Part shown: positions 1 through 51,285 of the stretch, one piece after another
Layout: every line of letters begins with the position of its first letter
Numbering within the stretch: position 1 is the stretch's first letter
Assembly: GCA_002269645.1 (NCBI GenBank)
Contig: NIVC01001261.1
Location: 15,668-79,667, forward strand
Length of the DNA stretch: 64,000 nt
Direction: 5' to 3'
DNA from: Macrostomum lignano
Taxonomy: Eukaryota
Position numbers and translations under genes: made by a program
The notes under the pieces: generated by a model
The model's input: only the letters and a program-made list of their open reading frames with translations
Databases searched by the model: none
What the model was told of the DNA's origin: nothing

Positions 1-215
1 AACACATTTGTTTCAAGTCTCAACGCTGTTTGCTCTCTCTCCCCTTATTAATAAAACAAAAGTAAAGAGAAAAGCGGTGCCAATTGAATTCAGCAGAGAG
101 CTGCTCGCCGAGCTATATGAAATTGCGCGAAAAATAGAGAGAACGGCGACCTTCCACGGCTTGATCGGCGGCTGATGGAGATGATTGCAAATACGAACAG
201 AGCATAGGTAAAACC

Positions 216-36728
<36,513 letters not shown>

Positions 36729-36784
36729 GCCTCTCAACCTGAGAACTGTCCGGACCCGCGAAACCCCCCCCGACTTGTCTAGAC

Positions 36785-37600
36785 GGACCCACACAACCTG
36801 ACCCATGTCTGACCCACACGACCTGACCCATGTCTGACCCAAGCGACCTGACCCATGTCTGACCCACGCGACCTGAGCCACGCGACCTGACCCATGTCAT
36901 ACCCACGCAACCTGACCCATGTCTTCTGACCCACGCGACCTGGCCCATATCTTACTCACACAACCTGACCCATGTCTGACCCAAGCGACCTGACCCATGT
37001 CTTACTCACACAACCTGACCCATGTCTGACCCACGCGACCTGACCCACGTGACCTGACCCATGTCAGACGCACGCAACCTGACCCATGTCTTCTGACCCA
37101 AGCGACATGACCCAAGTCTTACACAACCTGACCCATGTCGGACCCACGCAACCTGACCCATGTCTTCTGACCCACGCGACCTGACCCATGTCTTACTCAC
37201 ACAACCTGACCCATGTCGGACCCACGCAACCTGACCCATGCCTTCTGACCCACGCAACCTGACCCATGTCTTCTGACCCACGCGAGCTGACCCATGTCGG
37301 ACCCACGCAACCTGACCCATTCTGACCCACGCAACCTGACCCATTCTGACCCACGCGATCTGACCCATGTCTTCTGACCCACGCGACCTGACCCATGTCT
37401 TCTGACCCAAGCGACCTGACCCACATCTTGACCCACGCGACCTGACCCATGTCTGATATACGCGACCTGACCCATATCAGACCCACGCAAACTGACCCAC
37501 GCGACCTGACCCATGTCTTCTGACCCAAGCGACCTGACCCACATCTTGACCCACGCGACCTGACCCATGCCTGACCCACGCGACCGGACCCATGCCTGAC
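36785..37600. repeat. ~25-28-bp minisatellite (GACCTGACCCATGTC[TTC]TGACCCACGC) in predicted 3' UTR
   Basis: Direct reading; starts about 55 nt after the stop codon. Confidence 0.9.
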
Positions 37601-38097
37601 TCGTAAACAGTACGAGTAAGATACAACAATGCTGCATTTCTTAGCGCCCAGTAAAGCCTTGTAAAAATGTAAACTTTATTTGTCCAGCAGAGTTGAGCAG
37701 CACTCTTCTGCCGCGAGAGTCTAACTAAGATACTTCCCGAACATATCTGCCTGGCCTATCTGGCCCGCTCTGGTTTTTTCTCTGTCCATTTTCTATCTAT
37801 CCACACTGACTCAGCGCATTCAACAGTCTTGTGCAATATTACTGGTAGTAGCGTGTGCGATACCAGACCTCTATATTTTACATTTAGTATAAAAACGGAT
37901 TAGTGTATTATCATTAATCCATGTTTGAACCTCTTCCACAGATTAGCAAATGGCAACAAGATTTAATTGACCTTGCACTCGACCTGCGTAATTAATGTTT
38001 TGAATTTTCATTGTTTTTCATTCTCGTTAATAATTACTATAAGTAGCTAATACTATCTTATGGATGTATTAATAGACTTTTTTTATTGTAGTTTTCT

Positions 38098-38103
38098 AAT
38101 AAA
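38098..38103 (+). terminator. Candidate poly(A) signal (AATAAA) of gene A
   Basis: First canonical AATAAA I found downstream of the stop codon, in an AT-rich region. Confidence 0.4.
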
Positions 38104-38753
38104 ACTGAGCTCACACACTGCTCTGACCATGGGTTTTTTATAAAACAGAAATATAAAAGTCATTGAACCTTTTTCTCGCGAATTTATTTTGTGGTGAATA
38201 TCCCACAAATTTGACTTAAAAATAGAAACAAAAAATCATGATTGACTTTCCTATTGATTCGTTTATTTTTTAAAGGATTGATAGTTCTGTCGAACTACAC
38301 TACTTATAGTCTTGCGTAGTGAATTTTATTGAGTTTAGTAGTATACACAGAAAATTTAACTTATAAAATAGCTCTCGCTTCCTGACAATGACTTGTCACT
38401 TCCTTATAGAATGACTGTCACTTCCTGACAGTGGGGTTCGGCCATAGACAAATCCATCCCGAAAAACACTGCAGAGACAGGAGCAGCTGGAATTTCGCCG
38501 GAACTTTGCTTGAGGCCTTGGGTGGCCGCGAACAAGGGGCGGCTCCATGATTTACAGCTATAGGGATCGGCTTCGAAGAAGCCGCACTCTTTTTTAACGG
38601 CATTGCTGGCTGTAAAATTTTATGCAATGAAATTGGAAACTTTGCGGAGCTTTGAATGAAATCCTTGCCTGCTTGTTGTCTGTGAAAACAGCAATATGAC
38701 CAAGCTGGGGCTGCAGTTCAGGGCTTGCGTACTTGTGACTCTTGTCTGATCCG

Positions 38754-40181
<1,428 letters not shown>

Positions 40182-41274
40182 AAGCTAGTATGCAATTTCA
40201 GGCAAGTTGCCTCAGTCTATCAGCCTCATGACACCCTGAGCCAATCCACAGCCAGCCAGCTCATCATCCAATCCCAGGCCGGCAATTTCTTTCCCAAATT
40301 TGCTTTTTGGCCTTGAAAGGCGGCGCAGAACAGTTGCAGCTGTAGAGTGGGAATCCCGGGCTTCATTTACCAGAGAAGTTTGGCTTGAGACAGAGAAAGC
40401 GAGATCCTGGTCAAGGTGATTGAGAAGTTCTCAACTCGCAGAAAGCGCAGGAAAGCCATCACAGTAGCAATTCACTTCAATTTATCAACTTCCTCATTTC
40501 ACATTCAACATCCAATTGCCAACAGCCAACTGCGAGCCGGGCTACTCCGCTATCAACGCTGCTCCCGCGCACTCGCCGAGACCGCGGCAATCAATCAGGC
40601 GGGCTGATCCAAGCTTTACCTACAGGCCGCCAAGTCAAACTAACTGCCTGCCTGTCTGTGTGCACCAGCAACTCGCTGGCCGGCTCTCGCTGATGACTCA
40701 ACCGGAGCTCCTCTGGGAATCGATCGGCTAATCGAAATTAGCAGAAAATAATTCTATCTATAGAGAGAGAGAGAGAGATAAGGCTACAGTCCGGTCTACC
40801 CCAGAGCTCAGGTGAGTTCCAAATCGCTTTGTTAATTAACACAGAAATTCAAATCGAAAAGTCGTGTTCATTGCGGGGAAGCGGCCCAATTTGACAGTTC
40901 AATGGCTGTCAGTTGCCAGTTGTCAGTGTTAGCAATTGGAGAGCTCTCAAATTCTATTGATTAAATATGGGGAACAATTTAACACCTAAGAGGAGAAGAT
41001 GGCTTAAAAAATTACCACTGAAGATCAAAATGGAGAGAGAGAACTGAAAATGGGTTTTTGCCAGAATTTTTTAGAGTGACGCACCGGCGAAAGAGGGTGA
41101 AGAGAAGGAAACACAGGCTTAGTTTGCCGGAGAGTGCGGTGTGAATCAGTGGCGCCGGAATGGCGAGATTCAGAGACAGGGTTGGAAGCGGTGAGATAAG
41201 AGTAGGAGAGAGGATGAGACAGGTTGAGATAGAGTGAGATAGGCTGGGAGAGGGTGAGACAAGATGACACTACA

Positions 41275-41866
41275 CAGGGTGAGACAGGGTGAGACGGGGT
41301 GAGATTCGGTGAGACAGGGTGAGATTCGGTGAGACAGGGTGAGATAGGGTGAGGCAGGGTGAGACAGGGTGAGACAGGGTGAGATTAGGCGAGACAGGAT
41401 GAGGCAGGGTGAGACAGGGTGAGACAGGGTGAGATTAGGCGAGACAGGATGAGGTAGGGTGAGACAGGGTGAGGCAGGGTGAGGCAGGATGAGACAGGGT
41501 GAGATAGGGTGAGATAGGGTGAGGCAGGGTGAGATAGGGTGAGGTAGGGTGAGACAGGGTGAGATTAGGTGAGACAGGGTGAGACAGGATGAGACAGGAT
41601 GAGATTAGGTGAGATTAGGTGAGATTAGATGAGACAGGGTGAGACAGGGTGAGATTAGGCGAGACAGGATGAGGCAGGGTGAGACAGGGTGAGACAGGGT
41701 GAGATTAGGCGAGACAGGATGAGGCAGGGTGAGACAGGGTGAGACAGGGTGAGATTAGGCGAGACAGGATGAGGTAGGGTGAGACAGGGTGAGGCAGGGT
41801 GAGGCAGGATGAGACAGGATGAGATTAGGTGAGATTAGGTGAGAAAGGGTGAGACAGGGTGAGACA
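41275..41866 (+). repeat. 10-bp minisatellite (GGGTGAGACA), left arm of an inverted pair
   Basis: Direct reading. Confidence 0.92.
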
Positions 41867-42574
41867 TAGGGAGAGATGTTGTGAGAGGTTGCAAGGTCGG
41901 GTGTGTCAGGATGGCACGCGCGAATGCCAACTACACTACAAGCATAGAAGGAGTGGAGCCGAGAGCGCTCGCACAGCTCGGGGTTGCGTCACCCGCTCGC
42001 CGACATTCAGGGCCAGCTTTATGCAGAAAAAAGTTTATAGTGCGCAACTGGGATTGAATTTGGCCCAACAACCCACCGGAGCCTCGCAATTAACTCGATT
42101 TCCGTGAGACTTCGGATTTTTCTCCTCTCTCTGTCTCTCTCTGCGTCTCCGCCTGACTGTTTCTACGGATGCTTCGCTGCTCTGGAGGCTCTGGCAGCTC
42201 TGGGGCATCGAAGACTAAGAAGGGAGAGATGACTTTCTTGTCCAATTAAGGCCGGCATCGCCGCGGTTGGGGGGTTGGGGCCGATGCAATTAGAGAATGG
42301 AATATTCTCTCGGATGCAATTATTTTGCAACAGCTCGAGCCCGGCTACCCAGTCTATTTAGTAGTTCACGCGAACTTAGGCCGGACAGAAACACACACAG
42401 GCTTTGGGTTTTCGTGATTGCTATAGAAGAATTGTTTTTTAAAAATTTCTTTCGTTTTGATTGTGTTGACATTTTAATTTTATGCTTGTTTTGTTGTTTG
42501 AATATAGCTACGCTCGGACAGTCCAGAGTTTTATTGTAGAGAGATTTCATTGCGTCTAGTCTCACTGTTCCTCA

Positions 42575-43270
42575 CCATGTCACACCCTGTCTCACCCAGT
42601 CTCACCTGAACTCACCCTGTCTCACCTGAACTCACCCTGTCTCACCTGATTTCCCCCTGCCTCACCTGTCTCACCTATCTCACCCTGTCTCACCCTGTCT
42701 CACCTATCTCACCCTGTCTCACCTGATTTCCCCCTGCCTCACCTGTCTCACCTATCTCACCCTGTCTCACCCTGTCTCACCTATCTCACCCTGTCTCACC
42801 TATCTCACCCTGTCTCACCTGATCTCCCCCTGTCTCACCTATCTCACCCTGTCTCACCCTGTCTCACCCTGTCTCACCTAATCTCACCCTGTCTCACCCT
42901 GTCTCACCCTGTCTCACCCTATCTCCCATAATCTCCCCCTGCCTCACCTATCTCACCCTGTCTCACCCTGTCTCACCTAATCTCACCCTGTCTCACCCTG
43001 TCTCACCCTGTCTCACCCTATCTCACCCTGTCTCACCCTGCCTCACCCTATCTCACCCTGTCTCACCCTGTCTCACCCTGTCTCACCCTGTCTCACCCTA
43101 TCTCACCCTATCTCACCCTATCTCACCCTGTCTCACCCTATCTCACCCTGTATCACCCTATCTCACCCTATCTCACCCTGTATCACCCTATCTCACCCTA
43201 TCTCACCCTATCTCACCCTGTCTCACCCTATCTCACCCTGCCTCACCCTATCTCACCCTGTCTCACTCTC
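42575..43270 (-). repeat. 10-bp minisatellite (TGTCTCACCC), right arm of an inverted pair
   Basis: Reverse complement of the 41.3-kb array, including variant units. Confidence 0.92.
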
Positions 43271-43689
43271 TCCCGCCCCATCTCTCACCCTCTCCCTACC
43301 GTGTCCCCACCATCAAGATTTCATTCCGCAAAACTTCCAATATCTATAAGCGATTTTCACTGCCTTCTTCCAACAGGGCCTTCCGGTTCTTAACGAACTT
43401 CATTCTTGTCGAGTTTCTGAGTTCTGCCAGTTGACCTAGCAGTGCTCAAATGCTGGGGTACACAGCTCTGCATTGATTTTTTCCGGCTGTTTATCGATAG
43501 AACAGCTAGAGAGATTCGTTTCACAGCTTCTCTGATTGCGGGGGGGTCTGCTTGATGAGATGGATATGCCATTGCTGCACTTTTATAAGTTTTTCTTCGA
43601 TTTCGAATTTGTGCCAACCTGCGAGTTTTGAGTTCTTGATGGGGATATTCACAACATTGTCTGGCTCCAAATACCGGATAAGCCAGTCA

Positions 43690-44105
43690 TGATCTAGTCA
43701 AAATCTTATCAAAATCTAATTACAATCTAGTCTATTCGAGATCTAATTATAATATAGTGAAAATACAGTCAAAATCTACGAGCGTATTAAAGATCTAATC
43801 ACGATCTCATCAAAGTCTATTTAAGATCTAATCACGATCTCATCAAAGTCTATTTAAGATCTAATCATTATCTAGTCAAAGTCTATTCAAGATCTAATCA
43901 TGATCTAGTCAAAGTCTATTCAAGATCTAATCATGATCTAGTCAAAGTCTATTCAAAATCTAATCATGATCTAGTCAAAGTTTATTCAAGATCTAGTTAT
44001 GATCAAATCAAAGTCTATTCAAGATCTACCCAAACTCAAATCATAATCTATTTATGATCTAGCTAATATCTAATCGCGATCTAGTCAAGCAAAAGTAAGA
44101 TCTAG
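43690..44105. repeat. ~33-bp degenerate minisatellite (AAGATCTAATCATGATCTAGTCAAAGTCTATTC)
   Basis: Direct reading. Confidence 0.85.
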
Positions 44106-44911
44106 TCCAGTTTAATCTGCTCCAAACAGACCCATTAATTAAATCCAAATCACCATGGCAGCCATACTCCAATCGAGCTCCATCTGACCTACAGCACTAA
44201 AATTTGCTTAGCAGATCTCGGCCCCCCAGGGTGCTACGGTAAAATCAATGCATTGATGCCCGAGCTGGGAACTCAAAATTCTCTCAATACAAACTTCCCA
44301 TAATCAGTTTCACTGCTTGGGAAATCTCCAGACTCTCCAGACTCCAAGGTGTGAATCTGGTATCGATTCTGCTAGCGCGGAATGAGGACTCAGCCTGTTC
44401 TCCAGTTGTAACTGGGGGGTCACACCGGGGTCCCGCAACGGCCTCAATTCCCAGGACAGACTTTCCCTTAATTGCGTGTATTTGTTTGTGCATGTAAATT
44501 TATAACCGAGCCGGGCTCCCAGGGGGCCGAGCACAACTCACAGTTGGAGCTGGGCTCTATGAATAATAGGCTGCTTAGGACACCTCCGCATTCATTTATT
44601 TGACTGACTAACTGTGCCGGTCCAATTCTCCCAGGGATAAAAGATGCTGTTGGTAAGAGAACCTGGCCTAAGCCTCTGCAAAGACGAAGCCCCCACATTC
44701 AAAAGCAAAGCCCCTCAGGGCCAGAGCAGACTGACCACCCCCGAGGCTGGTCTGGGGCGCGCGAAGACGCCAAGCGAGGCAGATGGCTCTCAACTACCCC
44801 GGGTCTACGTCAGCAGAGCAGCAGTCGCTGGGAGCTGAAAACCCTGCCTGCTGCTCTGGATTCTGATAGGAAGGACTAAAACTAGAAACTGGAGTAGCAG
44901 TGCTTCCCCAA

Positions 44912-46155
44912 GATGCGGGAGGGAAGGACAGGGAGATGCGGGAGAGGGGGACAGCGAGATGCGGGAGGGAGGGACTGAGATGCGGGAGGGACAGGGAGAT
45001 GCGGGAGGGACAGGGAGATGCGGGAGAGAAGGACAGGGAGATGCGGGAGGGAGGGACTGAGATGCGGGAGGGACAGGGAGATGCGGGAGGGACAGGGAGA
45101 TGCGGGAGAGGGGGACAGCGAGATGCGGGAGGGACAGGGAGATGCGGGAGGGACAGGGAGATGCGGGAGAGGGGGACGGCGAGATGCGGGAGGGACAGGG
45201 AGATGCGGGAGGGACAGGGAGATGCGGGAGGGACAGGGAGATGCGGGAGGGACAGGGAGATGCGGGAGGGACAGGGAGATGCGGGAGGGACAGGGAGACG
45301 CGGGAAGGAGGGACAGGGAGATGCGGGAAGGAGGGACAGGGAGATGCGGGAGGGACAGAGAGATGCGGGAGGGACAGGGAGATGCGAGAGGGACAGGGAG
45401 ATGCGGGAGGGACAGGGAGATGCGGGAGGGACAGGGAGATGCGGGAGAGGGGGACGGCGAGATGCGGGAGGGACAGGGAGATGCGGGAGAGAGGGATAGC
45501 GAGATGCGGGAGAGAGGGACAGCGAGATGCGTGAGAGAAAAACAGCGAGATGCGGGAGAGAGGGACAGGGAGACGCGGGAAGGAGGGACAGGGAGATGCG
45601 GGAGGGACAGGGAGATGCGGGAGGGACAGGGAGATGCGGGAGGGACAGGGAGATGCGGGAAGGAGGGACAGGGAGATGCGGGAGGGACAGGGAGACGCGG
45701 GAAGGAGGGACAGGGAGATGCGGGAGGGACAGGGAGATGCGGGAAGGAGGGACAGGGAGATGCGGAAGGGACAGGGAGACACGGGAAGGAGGGACAGGGA
45801 GATGCGGGAGGGACAGGGAGATGCGGGAGGGACAGGGAGATGCGGGAGAGGGGGACAGCGAGATGCGGGAGGGAGGGACTGAGATGCGGGAGGGACAGGG
45901 AGATGCGGGAGAGACAGGGAGATGCGAGAGGGACAGGGAGATGCGGGAAGGAGGGACAGGGAGATGCGGGAGGGACAGGGAGATGCGAGAGGGACAGGGA
46001 GATGCGAGAGGGACAGGGAGATGCGGGAAGGAGGGACAGGGAGACGCGGGAGGGACAGGGAGATGCGAGAGGGACAGGGAGATGCGGGAAGGAGGGACAG
46101 GGAGATGCGGGAGGGACAGGGAGATGCGAGAGGGACAGGGAGATGCGGGAAGGAG
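44912..46155. repeat. ~20-bp G-rich minisatellite (GGGAGATGCGGGAGGGACAG)
   Basis: Direct reading; source of the 325-517 aa PASPCPSRISL-type ORFs. Confidence 0.95.
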
Positions 46156-47154
46156 CGACAGAAAGAGGTGTCAGTCCAGGTTTCTGCTTCTGGGTCTCCT
46201 TGGCTCCGCCTCGATGCCAGACACAGGAAGAGCTGGAAGAGACAAGTGGGAGGAGGGCAAGTGAGATGGGGAGCTGAGTTATAGCTGGGAGAATTTCTCT
46301 GTACCTATTCAGAATGAGAAATGAGCAGATCTGTAGAACTTGGGCAAGTAGGAAGTTGAAAGAGGAAAATAGTATGCAAAAAGTTGCTTTCAGAACTGGG
46401 GGAAATGGGGAGCCTTGAATGTTGGCAGGGTTCATCGGAACCGCATTAATGACTCCCCCTGCTTATCTCTGCTAGCGATTTTCGAACCAAGCAGCAAGCC
46501 GCTACCAGCACAAGCGGCAATTAAAATGCTTTCAACATTGCTCTGGTTCTTTTTTGAAGTTCAGAAAAAGCTCTTGCAGATCTGCAGATGGAATTGGTAG
46601 ATTCCATTTTTTTCAGAGCAGCTTCTGCAATGTTTGAAAAGAAACAAAAGCGGCACTTTTAGTGACAGCTCGGCTACACACTTCATGATCCCCTAAGAGG
46701 ACTCTACTCCAGCCAGCATTGGCTCCACTTGAGGAGTGCCTGTCACAGTCCGCGGGCCCTGCAGCTTGAGCACACCAGCTGCCTATAGGCATACGGCATT
46801 CAAGTGTGTTTGCAGCACTGCTGGGCCTCGAGTGGTCTCTCGCACACTTCTCAGGAGAACTGCCCCCACTGTCTATCTCCATCCCGATTGCTGGGTGGCT
46901 CAATTACTTACCCTTGAATGCTCGCCCAGCTAACTGTTGAATTGGCTCGCGCGAAGAATTTGCTATTATTGCTCAAGAATGTTTTGAAAATATTTGCCCA
47001 ACTGGCATGCAGGCATAGCTGTGGATATTGCTGAGGCATCTGTGCCATTGTGGAGTTAAAATCGTGTACATATGCTACAGTAGTTTCTGTACACAATATC
47101 TTTATTAAATTCATCTGAATTGTATCCCTGCATCTCTCCCTTCTCTTGCGATTT

Positions 47155-47330
47155 CTCTATCTGATTCTCTTCCTACTGTTCTCCCTACTTCTCTCTCAAC
47201 TTCCCTCCCTAGTTCTCTCCCTAATTCTCTCCCTAATTCTCTCCCTACTTCCCTCCCTAATTCTCTCCCTAATTGTCTCCCTACTTCTCTCCCTACTTCT
47301 CTCCCTAATTCTCACCCTACTTCTTTCAAT
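47155..47330. repeat. 12-bp CT-rich minisatellite (CTCTCCCTAMTT)
   Basis: Direct reading. Confidence 0.85.
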
Positions 47331-47670
47331 CCCCACTCTACCACAAGTCTACCTGTCTTTAGCTTCTCTCATTATGCTCTTAGTATTTTTTCAAAAAACT
47401 TTCACTTTAAATTTTAGCGCTAAAAACCGACTTTAAAAAATTCAGCGGGAAATTCCATGCTAAAAAATGAACAGACCACAACTGCAGCTTTTAGCAAATA
47501 ATCTCTTTCACACGCTTCGCATTTTTTCCACTTCCAGCAGCCAATTGCAATTTTCCCCGGCAACCGGGGTCAAGTCGGACCGGTCGCGGGACAAACAACA
47601 AGGTCGAGGACAAGGGGATTTCGGTGGCCTGTCTTTTCTTTGTCATACACAGGAGACAGCCATAACTGAT

Positions 47671-47713
47671 ATGGCCGAACGGTTCGCGCTGGCCCTGGCC
47701 TTGATTATCCTTG
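47671..47713 (+). CDS. Gene B (tandem paralog) signal-peptide exon MAERFALALALIIL
   Basis: gatATGG Kozak context, hydrophobic core, donor g|GTAAGT at 47714. Phase 1 joins 54959 to give ...IILVDLAAGDPLRL. Confidence 0.75.
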
Positions 47714-47984
47714 GTAAGTGAAGTGCTTGTCATCTCTCCCCTCCTCTGCTTCTTCTTCATCACTAAAACTGATTACTGACAGGAAGGATGGAGAAGAGAA
47801 GCAGGCCCTAAGCCTAGGAGATCAGCTGCGGTCTTTACCTTCGTCTTGCTTGCTGGGATAATTGGATAATCTCATGTACCATTGATTAGAATTTAGATAT
47901 GGAGTTTACCCCTAAGAACTTCTAGGTCATTTATGAGGCTCTTCATAGCTATCTCTCAGAATTTTTGGTAATAAATGAGACTAT

Positions 47985-50000
47985 CTTTTCGAATCATATG
48001 GGAGACTCTCTAGTCATGTATGAGACTATCCAGTCATCTATGAGACTCTCTAGTCATCTTTGAGACTATCCAGTCATCTATGAGACTCTCTAGTGATCTA
48101 GAATACTCTCTAGTCATCTTTGAGACTCTCTAGTCATTTATGAGGCTCTCTAATCATCTAGAAGACTCTCTAGTCATCTTTGAGACTCTCTAGTCATTTA
48201 TGAGACTCTCTAATCATCTAGAAGTCTCTCTAGTCATCTTTGAGACTCTCTAGTCATCTTTGAGACTCTCTAATCATCTAGAAGACTCTCTAGTCATCTT
48301 TGAGACTCTCTAGTCATCTTTGAGACTCTCTAGTCATCTTTGAGACTCTCTAGTCATGTATGAGACTCTCTAGTCATTTATGAGGCTCTCTAGTCATTTA
48401 TGAGACTCTCTAATCATCTAGAAGACTCTCTAGTCAACTTTGAGACTCTCTAGTCATCTTTGAGACTCTCTAGTCATCTTTGAGACTCTCTAGTCATCTA
48501 GAATACTCTCTAGTCATCTTTGAGACTCTCTAATCATCTAGAAGACTCTCTAGTCATCTTTGAGACTCTCTAGTCATCTTTGAGACTCTCTAGTCATCGA
48601 TAAGACTCTCTTTTCGAATCATATGGGAGACTCTCTAGTCATTTATGAGACAATCCAGTCATCTATGAGACTCTCTAGTCATCTATGAGACCCTCTAGTC
48701 ATCTAGAATACTCTCTAGTCATCTATGAGACAATCCAGTCATCTATGAGACTCTCTAGTCATCTATGAGACTCTCTAGTCATCTAGAATACTCTCTAGTC
48801 ATCTATGAGACAATCCAGTCATCTATGAGACTCTCTAGTCATTTATGATACTATCCAGTCATCTTTGAGACTCTCTAGTCATCTAGAATACTCTCTAGTC
48901 ATCTTTGAGACTCTCTAGTCATTTATGATACTATCCAGTCATCTTTGAGACTCTCTAGTCATCTTTGAAACTCTCTTTTCGAATCATATGGGAGACTCTC
49001 TAGTCATTTATGAGACTATCCAGTCATTTATGAGACTATCTAGTCATTTATGAGACTCTCTAGTCATCTATGAGACTCTCTAGTCATCTATGAGACTCTC
49101 TAGTCATCTATGAGACTCCCTAGTCATCTTTGAGACTCTCTAGTCATCTTTGAGACTCTCTAGTCATCTTTGAGACTCTCTAGTCATGTATGAGACTCTC
49201 TAGTCATTTATGAGGCTCTCTAGTCATTTATGAGACTCTCTAATCATCTAGAAGACTCTCTAGTCAACTTTGAGACTCTCTAGTCATCTTTGAGACTCTC
49301 TAGTCATCTTTGAGACTCTCTAGTCATCTAGAATACTCTCTAGTCATCTTTGAGACTCTCTAATCATCTAGAAGACTCTCTAGTCATCTTTGAGACTCTC
49401 TAGTCATCTTTGAGACTCTCTAGTCATCGATAAGACTCTCTTTTCGAATCATATGGGAGACTCTCTAGTCATTTATGAGACAATCCAGTCATCTATGAGA
49501 CTCTCTAGTCATCTATGAGACCCTCTAGTCATCTAGAATACTCTCTAGTCATCTATGAGACAATCCAGTCATCTATGAGACTCTCTAGTCATCTATGAGA
49601 CTCTCTAGTCATCTAGAATACTCTCTAGTCATCTATGAGACAATCCAGTCATCTATGAGACTCTCTAGTCATTTATGATACTATCCAGTCATCTTTGAGA
49701 CTCTCTAGTCATCTAGAATACTCTCTAGTCATCTTTGAGACTCTCTAGTCATTTATGATACTATCCAGTCATCTTTGAGACTCTCTAGTCATCTTTGAAA
49801 CTCTCTTTTCGAATCATATGGGAGACTCTCTAGTCATTTATGAGACTATCCAGTCATTTATGAGACTATCTAGTCATTTATGAGACTCTCTAGTCATCTA
49901 TGAGACTCTCTAGTCATCTATGAGACTCTCTAGTCATCTATGAGACTCCCTAGTCATCTTTGAGACTCTCTAATCATCTAGAAGACTCTCTAGTCATCTG
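47985..50000. repeat. 20-bp minisatellite (TGAGACTCTCTAGTCATCTW) with 830-bp higher-order duplication
   Basis: Diagnostic variants recur at exactly +830 (48351/49181, 48591/49421, 48961/49791). Confidence 0.95.
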
Positions 50001-50674
50001 TTTGAGAGTCTCCAGCCATCGATGTGTCTCTATGCATCTAATAAAAGACCCTCATAGAGAGTCTAGCCTCTCTGTGAGCAATCTCATTCTGCTAAATCAG
50101 CAATCGGTTTCCAATCCATCATTTATTTGGACCGACGGTCCACCAACCCACACACGGGTCAGCGTCAAGTTGTCATAAAAACTCTAAAAACTCAAACAAA
50201 CAATGAATTACATAACTATTTGGTATGGTCCCAGTGGTCAGTCGCCTTACAGTTATTTTCACGGCTTAGATAATTTTGATTTTGTTGGCAGAAAAATAAT
50301 GACGACCAGATGCCCGTAGCCATGCGGGTCTGACGCTGGACAATTGGGGAGATTTATCCCTCACCTGATGCTGGGAAAAAAACTATTTTTTGGAGCTGAT
50401 GGGGTGACTCATCATGCAACTCAATGGCAGCCTGTCAATAGGCCTTTCAAATCTGCTTTATGAGCAGTCAGTGGAATCTTTTGCAAAGGATAAAATTGAT
50501 AGAAATGAGATTCAGTTTTTGTGATAGGATGACGTCACTGTCATTGAGTTGGGTTCAAACAAAGAGTATTGGGCTCAAAGATTCAAAGTTTCTTTAACTT
50601 CGTTTTTCAATATCTGTGACCCTGCAGTTTCAAGCCATTTCAGGGCTTCTCTCTTGCAAGGTTATCTTCCACTC

Positions 50675-51285
50675 TTCTTAATTCTCTCTCTACTTCTCTC
50701 CCTACTTCTCTCCCTACTTCTCTCCCTACTTCTCTCCCTAGTTCTCTCCCTACTTCTCTCCCTACTTCTCTCCCTACTTCTCTCCCTACTTCTCTCCCTA
50801 CTTCTCTCCCTGCTTCTCTCCCTACTTATCTCCCTACTTCTCTCCCTACTTCTCTCCCTACTTCTCTCCCTACTTATCTCCCTACTTCCCTCGCTACTTC
50901 CCTCCTTACTTCTCTCCCTACTTTCTTCCCGAATCCTCTCCCTACTTTCTTCCCGAATCCTCTCCCTACTTTCTTCCCGAATCCTCTCCCTACTTTCTTC
51001 TCGAATCCTCTCCCTACTTTCTTCCCGAATCCTCTCCCTACTTTCTTCCCGAATCCTCTCCCTACTTTCTTCTCGAATCCTATCCCTACTTTCTTCCCGA
51101 ATCCTCTCCCTACTTTCTTCCCGAATCCTCTCCCTACTTTCTTCTCGAATCCTATCCCTACTTTCTTCCCGAATCCTCTCCCTACTTTCTTCTCGAATCC
51201 TCTCCCTACTTTCTTCCCGAATCCTCTCCCTACTTTCTTCCCGAATCCTCTCCCTACGTCCCGCTCTACTTCTCTCCCTACTAGA
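50675..51285. repeat. 12-bp (CTTCTCTCCCTA) then 24-bp (GAATCCTCTCCCTACTTTCTTCYC) minisatellite
   Basis: Direct reading. Confidence 0.93.

Noticed and set aside
46912-47114. Minus-strand ORF MNLIKILC...ASIQG ending at a GTAAGT donor
   Set aside because: Weak acceptor, AT-rich codon use unlike the host exons, no recognisable domain and no downstream partner exon found.
47467-47670. In-frame 68-codon extension upstream of the gene B ATG
   Set aside because: It would bury the signal peptide, and the stretch contains a clear 3' splice site at 47652.
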